A DNA stretch of 20,000 bases from IMG/VR virus record IMGVR_UViG_3300020109_000014. One strand, 5' to 3'. Each line of letters begins with the position of its first letter. Position 1 is the stretch's first letter. This DNA comes from an uncultured virus (IMG/VR IMGVR_UViG_3300020109_000014). Taxonomy: Duplodnaviria; Heunggongvirae; Uroviricota; Caudoviricetes. Under the pieces are notes generated by a model that saw nothing but the letters and a program-made list of their open reading frames with translations, was not told the origin of the DNA and ran no database searches. Shown piece by piece: positions 5,936 to 12,230 of this stretch. Made by a program: the position numbers and the translations under genes.

Positions 5936-6208
5936 TTACTGTACAATCGTATTTATTTGTTGGATATTTTCACTTTTGATTGCTGAAGTGATAAATTTAC
6001 CAACACTTTCACCATTTTTGATAGTATTTTGAAGGTTTTCTTCAAAATTATTATCAATTACTGTGTAATTATATTCTTTATCACTAGAATTAAATACTAC
6101 AGTACAAGTATTCTCAATAATACCAACTGATTTAATAGCAGTACTATTAAATCCTTGATATACTACTCCTTGATCTTCTTTAGTAATCATTGAATTCAGT
6201 AAAATCAT
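5936..6208 (-). CDS. KTSC-like domain protein
   Basis: STAIKSVG...TVVF.S..KEYNY...ESVGKFITSAIK matches the KTSC pattern (SSxIxSVGY...LxVxFxSG..YxY...SxGxF...IK). Confidence 0.65.
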   Translation of the reverse strand: MILLNSMITKEDQGVVYQGFNSTAIKSVGIIENTCTVVFNSSDKEYNYTVIDNNFEENLQNTIKNGESVGKFITSAIKSENIQQINTIVQ

Positions 6209-6325
6209 TAAAATTTAAAAATTGAGTTTTTTGAAAATCTTAAAAAACTAAAAAAGTAAGTTTTTTAAGTTTTTGAGATTTTGAGATTTTTGAGATTTCG
6301 AAGATTTTGGAAAACCTCGAAATCC
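6209..6325. repeat. Phased A/T-tract region with tandem TTTT(T)GAGA repeats
   Basis: ttttgaga x3 followed by tttcgaaga and ttttggaaa; A/T runs every 8-11 bp; 12/60 GC in 6241-6300. Confidence 0.75.
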
Positions 6326-6371
6326 CTCAATCTCGCTTCCATTTAATTTCGTGATGACCAATCACAAATAC

Positions 6372-6440
6372 AGTATAGGGCATTTAGAGGCATCTGTCAA
6401 GGGTCTCGGAGGGTCTCTGTGCCACTTTGAGGACTGTCAT
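6372..6440 (-). promoter_or_regulatory. Near-consensus sigma70 promoter plus palindrome copy L
   Basis: TTGACA(6395-6400)-17-TATACT(6372-6377); palindrome gtgccactttgaggactgtcat at 6419-6440. Confidence 0.85.
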
Positions 6441-6557
6441 ATACTTCCTTGACTTTCGATGGGTTGGGCGCTAAGACAACAAGACCTCCGCCCATTTACA
6501 TACTCTACCGTACAATAGATCACACTACCTATATTTTTTAATATATTTTTAAATACC

Positions 6558-6593
6558 TGTGGAAATTGCGGAAACTGTGGAAATTGTGGAAAA
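6558..6593. repeat. Four tandem 9-mers resembling cyanobacterial DnaA boxes (TTTTCCACA)
   Basis: tgtggaaat-tgcggaaac-tgtggaaat-tgtggaaaa; the last is the exact reverse complement of TTTTCCACA. Confidence 0.65.
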
Positions 6594-7214
6594 CTATTTC
6601 CATCTTGGACCTACTACCCAACCGACTAAAGATTTACGTTGACCTGATTTAACTTTAGTAACACGATGACGTAGATGAGAATCAAAGATAATTAATGTAC
6701 CTCTTTCTACTGGTGCTATATTAAGGTTTAGATCATCATTAGCAATGAGTTGTAATTGTCCTCCTGTATATTCATCTGAGTCTGATAGTTGAAGAGAGAA
6801 AGATAATTTACGAGTATATTCTGCTAATGGCATAACGTAATCTTTTAGATTAACTGATTGAGAAGTAGGATATCTTTCTGATTGATACAATCGACGTAAT
6901 CCTGAATCAGTATGCCAATGATAGAATTGACCAGGATTATAGACTGTATATTGTAAGGAGGAATTATCAATAGATGTAATATCAAATCTCCAATTAGCAA
7001 AATTTGCTTTTTGGATATAATACCAAAGAAAACCTGCTATCCAATCTTCATCTGGAATCCAAGCATTAAGAGAATCTCTTTTTGAATGTACTACACCACT
7101 AGATTTAATTGTTGATGCTTCTAATTGATTATGATATGACTGACAATGAATAGAGATAAGGTCAGTAATATCTTTTGGTAATTTAGTATTGTATAATGCT
7201 GCTGGATCAGCCAT
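6594..7214 (-). CDS. 2OG-Fe(II) oxygenase, PKHD/prolyl-4-hydroxylase-like
   Basis: YHWHTD, RKLSFSLQLSDSDEYTGGQL, HRVTKVKSGQRKSLVGW. Confidence 0.92.
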   Translation of the reverse strand: MADPAALYNTKLPKDITDLISIHCQSYHNQLEASTIKSSGVVHSKRDSLNAWIPDEDWIAGFLWYYIQKANFANWRFDITSIDNSSLQYTVYNPGQFYHWHTDSGLRRLYQSERYPTSQSVNLKDYVMPLAEYTRKLSFSLQLSDSDEYTGGQLQLIANDDLNLNIAPVERGTLIIFDSHLRHRVTKVKSGQRKSLVGWVVGPRWK

Positions 7215-7437
7215 TTTCTTTTTTTAATTGTCTATATTGTTGGCGTAGTTCTTTAATATTAAAGTATAGAATAGTTTCTGTTTCAATACTACGCATCCAC
7301 TCACGTACCTCATCACCGATAGCAATAGCATCATCATTACGATTTTTAGATACGAGATGAGAGAACTGTTCAAAATAAGTTTCTAGGATATGATCCACTT
7401 GTTTTGATACTGATTGCTCTTCGGTCATGGTGTACAT
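7207..7437 (-). CDS. Hypothetical protein
   Basis: 76-aa ORF directly downstream of a consensus promoter. Confidence 0.75.
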   Translation of the reverse strand: MYTMTEEQSVSKQVDHILETYFEQFSHLVSKNRNDDAIAIGDEVREWMRSIETETILYFNIKELRQQYRQLKKENG

Positions 7438-7634
7438 TAGTAGTTGTTCCTATTATAGGATTTTGTGGTAGGTTTTGTCAAGTAATCTGGTTTAGGACAG
7501 GATTGATGAAAGGTGCCATTGATATAACAGGCATAGCCTTCTTGATAGTATGCAATTGGAGGAGGATCTGGTGATTCACAGATATAATATTGATTGAAGC
7601 AGAGTTGAAGAATAGTAAGAGCTGCTGGTATCAT
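7437..7634 (-). CDS. Small Cys-containing hypothetical protein with hydrophobic N-terminus (ACYINGTFHQSCP)
   Basis: ATGA and TAATG coupling with neighbours. Confidence 0.7.
   Translation of the reverse strand: MIPAALTILQLCFNQYYICESPDPPPIAYYQEGYACYINGTFHQSCPKPDYLTKPTTKSYNRNNY
7452..7481 (-). promoter_or_regulatory. Consensus sigma70 promoter
   Basis: TTGACA-18-TATAAT, ending 15 nt upstream of the ATG at 7437. Confidence 0.8.
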
Positions 7635-7888
7635 TTTTGAATAACAGTAACATTATTCAGGAGATGATCATAGGAAATAAATTCAGCATTATTAGGTAAG
7701 ATATTAATAATTGCTTGTGTAAATTCTTGTGGGAAGTTACCATGATATTTCCAGAACAGTGCTAATTCTGCTTCTGAAATTTGAGTATGTGGGAATACAC
7801 GGAGTGTATGTGTTCCTGGTTGGAGTTGTGGAAATGATTCCATGAGTGTCTGAATATGAGACACTGTGAGGTTAGAGAGTTTAGTCAT
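7631..7888 (-). CDS. Hypothetical protein
   Basis: ATGA-coupled ORF. Confidence 0.75.
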   Translation of the reverse strand: MTKLSNLTVSHIQTLMESFPQLQPGTHTLRVFPHTQISEAELALFWKYHGNFPQEFTQAIINILPNNAEFISYDHLLNNVTVIQK

Positions 7889-8124
7889 TTGACGTAGTAC
7901 GCTTTAGTTTCTGTAGTTTGAAGGAGATCAATACATTGACGATAGATTTTATTTGTAGTAGGGGAAAGATCTAACCAATCAATGACATCAGCAGAATCCC
8001 AATCAACCCATTCAATCATAGAATCATGCTCATCACGAACAAGATTACAGATAATAGGTTGACCGAAGTCATCAATACTGAGTGCTTTATCTTGAATAAC
8101 AACATACATCAAGTTGTAGGACAT
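7885..8124 (-). CDS. Hypothetical protein
   Basis: AGGAG SD; extended -10 TGCTACAAT at 8149-8157. Confidence 0.8.
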   Translation of the reverse strand: MSYNLMYVVIQDKALSIDDFGQPIICNLVRDEHDSMIEWVDWDSADVIDWLDLSPTTNKIYRQCIDLLQTTETKAYYVK

Positions 8125-8163
8125 GATTCTCCTTGTGTGTTTAGTAAGATTGTAGCACAGAAA

Positions 8164-8517
8164 TCAGCGAAGGTAAAGATAACCACCCGCCCAGTTAGCA
8201 CGACGGAACATCTCTTCACGGGAAGGAATAGAGAGCACATTGAAACGAACATGCTTAGCAGGAGCTTTGATGCTAGCAGGTTTGAACACATCACCAGTCT
8301 TCTTGTCAATGAAAGCATGGATGCTGTCACGACGACCATCGATATACATGAAGACTTTATGATACTTACGACCAGAAGACTCAAGGGCGAAGAAATAACC
8401 ATCGGGAGCAGTCTGTTGGAGAGCATCACACAACATCATACCGTACTTGACGATGTTGAGATGGATGGTGTTACGAGCGTCTTGTTCTGCTTGAAACTGG
8501 GCGAAGGTAGCAGTCAT
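8164..8517 (-). CDS. Conserved phage early hypothetical protein (HAFIDKKTGDVFKPASxKAPAKxVRF)
   Basis: Recognisable motif; follows copy M. Confidence 0.88.
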   Translation of the reverse strand: MTATFAQFQAEQDARNTIHLNIVKYGMMLCDALQQTAPDGYFFALESSGRKYHKVFMYIDGRRDSIHAFIDKKTGDVFKPASIKAPAKHVRFNVLSIPSREEMFRRANWAGGYLYLR

Positions 8518-8542
8518 TGGTGGGGTTGTTTGGTATGTAGTT

Positions 8543-8600
8543 AGTATAGAGGTTTAGAAGTCCTCTAGGAGGTCCCAGGGGACAGTTTCAAAACTGTCCT
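8543..8600 (-). promoter_or_regulatory. Early promoter module copy M (most symmetric)
   Basis: -10 TATACT at 8543-8548; perfect GGACAGTTT-ca-AAACTGTCC at 8580-8599. Confidence 0.85.
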
Positions 8601-8727
8601 CAAACAATTGATCTTCCGCCTCACGTAGGATACGCTCACGGACTACAGGATTATCATAGCAATCCATGAGATTATCAACTTGATCAAGGACAAAATTATT
8701 CATATTATCAAATTTATCGTTTAACAT
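8554..8727 (-). CDS. 57-aa hypothetical protein (MLNDKFDNMNNFVLDQVDNL...EDSFETVPWDLLEDF)
   Basis: TGATG coupling; not in track. Confidence 0.65.
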   Translation of the reverse strand: MLNDKFDNMNNFVLDQVDNLMDCYDNPVVRERILREAEDQLFEDSFETVPWDLLEDF

Positions 8728-8918
8728 CATGATTCGTGTGAATGGTTACCTCGTACAAGTTCAAGTTCATTTAATTGGTTTTTATAGACGAGCATACAAA
8801 CATCTCGCCGTGGATCATCAGGGAAATGGCGGACACATACAGTCATATATTCATCACATGTGAATTTGACTACACCAAACATGCCTCTATAATATACCTC
8901 TGTTCCCTCTGGTAGCAT
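8727..8918 (-). CDS. Small beta-rich hypothetical protein (MLPEGTEVYYRGMFGVVKF...)
   Basis: Track ORF with start moved downstream. Confidence 0.75.
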   Translation of the reverse strand: MLPEGTEVYYRGMFGVVKFTCDEYMTVCVRHFPDDPRRDVCMLVYKNQLNELELVRGNHSHES

Positions 8919-9150
8919 ATTGTTCGGGTGTAATTGGATCTTCATGAACAAAAACTCCTACAGCATCAGGATAGTCAATATTAGCAAAATACATTGCTTG
9001 AATGGAATTATTTGAGATGACATAGTAATCAACTTTCATTACAGATGATTCTTCTTCATTCTCATCTTGATAAGGTAATTCTAGTTCTACTAGATAAACT
9101 CTACCGTTATGAAGATGTGTATCGAAATCTACGATTATATCAGCAGTCAT
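8887..9150 (-). CDS. Hypothetical protein
   Basis: 87-aa ORF in operon. Confidence 0.75.
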   Translation of the reverse strand: MTADIIVDFDTHLHNGRVYLVELELPYQDENEEESSVMKVDYYVISNNSIQAMYFANIDYPDAVGVFVHEDPITPEQYATRGNRGIL

Positions 9151-9307
9151 AAGATTTATCGTGTGATGTGTTAAATTGAAACTCTAGCTCTTGAATATAA
9201 TTCTCTAGCATCTGTACCTTATCACAGAGATCAGCATTTTCATTTTGAAGATCTTTAATTAGGTCAGCATATTCTTTCAATAGAGCATTTGATTGATCAG
9301 GTGTCAT
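9140..9307 (-). CDS. 55-aa coiled-coil protein (MTPDQSNALLKEYADLIKDLQNENADL...)
   Basis: Fills the operon gap; heptad pattern; not in track. Confidence 0.7.
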   Translation of the reverse strand: MTPDQSNALLKEYADLIKDLQNENADLCDKVQMLENYIQELEFQFNTSHDKSYDC

Positions 9308-9311
9308 AAAA

Positions 9312-9596
9312 TTATACCAACAATGGCATCGCTGTATATTTAGTAGTATTTTTAATATCTACTTGTTCACCTACACGATCATAGTTGATCGGAGCATAAT
9401 ATAATTTCTTTTTCGGATTATAGAAACCCCAGATGGTTTTGACTGGTTTCCCGAGATTGAAGTCGTAGACGTAATGATGCCACATAATAATACGAACAGT
9501 ACGAGTATTGTGATCTTCGACATCATAAGAGTATCCTGTCGGTGGTGTATGCGGAAAGTTCCGTAGAATTTCCGCTTTACTAATTGTAATAGGCAT
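9312..9596 (-). CDS. Conserved cyanophage-type hypothetical protein (FPHxPPxGYSY...TIWGFY...YTAMP)
   Basis: GAGGA SD; recognisable motifs. Confidence 0.82.
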   Translation of the reverse strand: MPITISKAEILRNFPHTPPTGYSYDVEDHNTRTVRIIMWHHYVYDFNLGKPVKTIWGFYNPKKKLYYAPINYDRVGEQVDIKNTTKYTAMPLLV

Positions 9597-9599
9597 TTA

Positions 9600-9803
9600 T
9601 TATCCTCGTGGGAATTCGTATTTACAATCTGGGCACATCCAATGATGGATACGATCTTCACCAAGAAATTCAACACCAATCACACGACTGTAAAAATACG
9701 GAGCAGAATAATTTTCCCGATATTCTTCGGGAATTTCACCTGCTACCCAATTTGTGTTACACTTTGGGCAATTCTTCAGTTTTGTAATATCTTTGTATCT
9801 CAT
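9600..9803 (-). CDS. Zn-ribbon protein
   Basis: CPKC...WMCPDC. Confidence 0.8.
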   Translation of the reverse strand: MRYKDITKLKNCPKCNTNWVAGEIPEEYRENYSAPYFYSRVIGVEFLGEDRIHHWMCPDCKYEFPRG

Positions 9804-9949
9804 CAGATAAACTCTGCCATATAATAATCTACAGTGATTTCAAGTTCTGCTGCTTTTTCTTCAAATGCCATGAGCATTAGATCATCAATGTTGAGATCAT
9901 CAGGATCAGTAGAACGCCATGATTTGTCAATACGGATATCGTTAATCAT
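9803..9949 (-). CDS. 48-aa protein ending EEKAAELEITVDYYMAEFI
   Basis: Coupled on both sides; not in track. Confidence 0.75.
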   Translation of the reverse strand: MINDIRIDKSWRSTDPDDLNIDDLMLMAFEEKAAELEITVDYYMAEFI

Positions 9950-10107
9950 TCGATGTGGCAATCAGGGTGGAATTCTTTGACTTGTTCACAAATTTGTTGT
10001 TGACGGTTCTTGTAACCTTCAAACATTTTATTATCTCTGGTGACAAGGAATGCTTGCCACCCGATTATCAAACCAAAGAGAATGGTAAAGAAGAGATAGT
10101 ATTTCAT
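9946..10107 (-). CDS. 53-aa protein with N-terminal TM helix (MKYYLFFTILFGLIIGWQAFLVTRDNKMF...HPDCHIE)
   Basis: ATGA coupling on both sides; not in track. Confidence 0.78.
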   Translation of the reverse strand: MKYYLFFTILFGLIIGWQAFLVTRDNKMFEGYKNRQQQICEQVKEFHPDCHIE

Positions 10108-10517
10108 GCTGCTACCTGTTGAGGAATTTCTTGAAGTTCAAGATAAGTTACATCGTGCCACTTACAAGTATCGTAGCACAACCACTCTCCATCGGTGGTA
10201 AAGAGATAGGCATACTCTTCTGCATCTTGAGTGAGATAGTCACTGATGCGCCAGTCATGACGAGGACCACGATTCTCCTCACCACGAGAAGAATAGTAGA
10301 GAGGACCAGTTTCAGGTAGCGTCTCATTATCCCAACCGACGTTGGTGTGGAGAGCACTGATGTCACCACCATCAATCAACTCAGCAACCTTCTCACGAGT
10401 GTTGAAATGTTGTTGAAGTTTGACACCATTGAAGGCAGGATAACCATCCCAGTGGCAATACACTGAGAGCACAGAATCGTCTGCGAGTTGAATACCGATA
10501 CGGGAGCGGGTTGCCAT
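10104..10517 (-). CDS. Widespread phage protein of the MxTRS...YCHWDGYP family
   Basis: MATRSRIG, YCHWDGYP, EEYAYLF motifs; follows copy N. Confidence 0.88.
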   Translation of the reverse strand: MATRSRIGIQLADDSVLSVYCHWDGYPAFNGVKLQQHFNTREKVAELIDGGDISALHTNVGWDNETLPETGPLYYSSRGEENRGPRHDWRISDYLTQDAEEYAYLFTTDGEWLCYDTCKWHDVTYLELQEIPQQVAA

Positions 10518-10541
10518 TGGAGTTCTGTTGAATACTTTGAT

Positions 10542-10600
10542 ATTATAGGGTCAGAAGGACGGCACTACGTCGTTCTGTAGGACAGTTTGGGAAGTGTCCA
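10542..10600 (-). promoter_or_regulatory. Early promoter module copy N
   Basis: -10 TATAAT at 10542-10547; ggacagtttgggaagtgtcc at 10580-10599. Confidence 0.8.
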
Positions 10601-10754
10601 TCTGTTCCCAAACACTGTATAGTTTGTTATACAGTGCTGCCACACTGCCATATTGTCTGGCAATTTGAACTTCCTCTCTCAGATCTACTTGTTGTAGTGC
10701 TGAGAGAAGAATACCAATCTCATGGACATTTAGACGTACAGAATCTTCAGTCAT
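10551..10754 (-). CDS. 67-aa hypothetical protein (MTEDSVRLNVHEIGILLSALQ...)
   Basis: Start moved to 10754; the track's extension overlaps the upstream gene. Confidence 0.75.
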   Translation of the reverse strand: MTEDSVRLNVHEIGILLSALQQVDLREEVQIARQYGSVAALYNKLYSVWEQMDTSQTVLQNDVVPSF

Positions 10755-11031
10755 AATTATTTTCTGCAAAAGGATTAAACCCATTGGTGAAATTTTTAAC
10801 ATAAATGTAATACCCCTTTTGTCCTTCTCTTTCGGCGGGAAGAACTGCCCAAACACGATTTTTAATAGTTTTTGGAATCTCAGGTCTTTTCTTTCTACCA
10901 ACAAAAAATCCATAATCTTGACCAGTTTGTTTAATATCCAAATATGGATATCTGTATCGTGGAGTTTTTGGTGGTTTAACTGGTTTATATTGTGAATAGG
11001 GACCAAATTCAATAACAGTGGAAGTTTTCAT
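10747..11031 (-). CDS. Basic hypothetical protein, possibly DNA-binding (RYRYPYLDIKQTGQDYGFFV)
   Basis: ATGA-coupled ORF; K/R-rich. Confidence 0.75.
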   Translation of the reverse strand: MKTSTVIEFGPYSQYKPVKPPKTPRYRYPYLDIKQTGQDYGFFVGRKKRPEIPKTIKNRVWAVLPAEREGQKGYYIYVKNFTNGFNPFAENNYD

Positions 11032-11204
11032 GCTGAGTAACCTTCAAATTTAAGAATAGCACGGCGAGCATCATATGCTTGGAACTGAGTAGCAAATTCT
11101 GCTACCTTTTCAAATGGGTCTCGACGATACAACCCCCACCGACTTGATCCAATCATACCACGGATCACATAGGGGTTGTCAAGACCAAGCGGGTAAAGTT
11201 TCAT
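11028..11204 (-). CDS. 58-aa hypothetical protein (MKLYPLGLDNPYVIRGMIGSSRWGLY...)
   Basis: Follows copy O; coupled to the next gene; not in track. Confidence 0.8.
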   Translation of the reverse strand: MKLYPLGLDNPYVIRGMIGSSRWGLYRRDPFEKVAEFATQFQAYDARRAILKFEGYSA

Positions 11205-11226
11205 AGGAAATCTCTTGAACTCATTT

Positions 11227-11284
11227 AGTATAGATTAAAAAACCGCCATGTGGCGGTAGTGTGTGCCAGTTGTTAAACTGTTTC
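11227..11284 (-). promoter_or_regulatory. Early promoter module copy O
   Basis: -10 TATACT at 11227-11232; palindrome gtgccagttgttaaactgtttc at 11263-11284. Confidence 0.8.
11237..11257 (-). terminator. Rho-independent terminator nested inside promoter copy O
   Basis: ACCGCC-ACAT-GGCGGT-TTTTT on minus strand, downstream of the stop at 11283. Confidence 0.8.
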
Positions 11285-11492
11285 ATTCATCCAGCGGATG
11301 ACCAGTTCTCCATGTAGAAGTATCAGGCGGATCACATTTGGCATTCCAAGATCTAACTAACAATTCAGTAAATAACTCCATTTTTTCTGGATGTACTGCT
11401 GCTGGATTTTGATTTATTTGATTTTTAAGGGCGACTAATTCTTTCCATTCTTCTTCGGTAAGATCTGTTTGTTGAGATCTCGTTTGTGACAT
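11283..11492 (-). CDS. Hypothetical protein (EWKELVALK...VHPEKMELFTELLV)
   Basis: ATG at 11492 with GGAG SD; extended -10 TGTTAGAAT at 11517-11525. Confidence 0.78.
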   Translation of the reverse strand: MSQTRSQQTDLTEEEWKELVALKNQINQNPAAVHPEKMELFTELLVRSWNAKCDPPDTSTWRTGHPLDE

Positions 11493-11565
11493 GCTTGGCT
11501 CCAATATTGTGTTGATATTCTAACAGTATTCACTGAAAACTGTGATTTTCTGTAATATATCTTAA

Positions 11566-11769
11566 CTATTTATCACCAAAATTGATTTTGAACTCATCTA
11601 GCTTATCCAAGAGACCATCAAATGATTTCATCTGTTCGATACGGCACAACAATTCTGAAATACTATTACAAACAATCGGACGTTCTTGACGAGCAGCATA
11701 CGCTAAAGCATTACGAAGTGATGCTGCTGCTTCATCGAGTGATTGATCTACAGATTGTGACAATGCCAT
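11566..11769 (-). CDS. Conserved cyanophage-type helical protein (SLRNALAYAARQERP)
   Basis: 67-aa ORF; TTAAATA late-promoter-like motif just upstream. Confidence 0.8.
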   Translation of the reverse strand: MALSQSVDQSLDEAAASLRNALAYAARQERPIVCNSISELLCRIEQMKSFDGLLDKLDEFKINFGDK

Positions 11770-11805
11770 TTTTTCAATTTATTTAATAACTGTCACAATA
11801 TAACA

Positions 11806-12213
11806 TTATTCTTCAGAAGTGTCAAGTTCTGGTGGTGTGTATACTCTATAAAATGTTGCGGTCTCAGGATCCCATTTGTCTAATGTACCATCCCCATCAA
11901 TATCATATTCTAAATTTGGATCTGGTTCCCATCGTAAAGTATTTTTATTAAACACATATGTTGGTTCATTTAATGGTCTTCTTTCTACAAAACCATTTAA
12001 TTCAGCATCCCAAAAACATCCAGGAGCAGCATCAGTTTTAGTTTCTAACTTCTCATAGTCTAAAACATAATATAGATCACTATAGTATTCATCTAGTAAT
12101 TGTTGTTTGGGCTGATCGAGTGGCCATGGCATGATACCAACAACCATATTCTTTTTATCAAGGATAACAACAGATCTAAATTCAGGCTCTTGTTCTTGTA
12201 TTTGTTCTTCCAT
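11806..12213 (-). CDS. Putative tail-fibre-associated protein
   Basis: LDKKNMVVGI and APGCFWDAELNGFVERRP...YVFNKNTLRWEP resemble small fibre-tip/assembly proteins encoded next to Gly-rich genes. Confidence 0.55.
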   Translation of the reverse strand: MEEQIQEQEPEFRSVVILDKKNMVVGIMPWPLDQPKQQLLDEYYSDLYYVLDYEKLETKTDAAPGCFWDAELNGFVERRPLNEPTYVFNKNTLRWEPDPNLEYDIDGDGTLDKWDPETATFYRVYTPPELDTSEE

Positions 12214-12230
12214 ATAATTATTTTATACTT

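Noticed and set aside
1868..6440. Canonical integron attC array
   Set aside because: No consistent RYYYAAC...GTTRRRY ends, cassettes carry their own promoters, and no integrase is in the window; only the loose analogy is kept
8026..8544. 172-aa plus-strand ORF and 8109..8429 (-)
   Set aside because: Shadows of the conserved 8164..8517 gene
10755..11012. N-terminal extension of the 153-aa track ORF (likewise the extensions of 123..647, 2590..2820, 2842..3144, 17934..18536, 19292..19501)
   Set aside because: The extensions overlap upstream genes or promoters; downstream starts have SD, leader or coupling support
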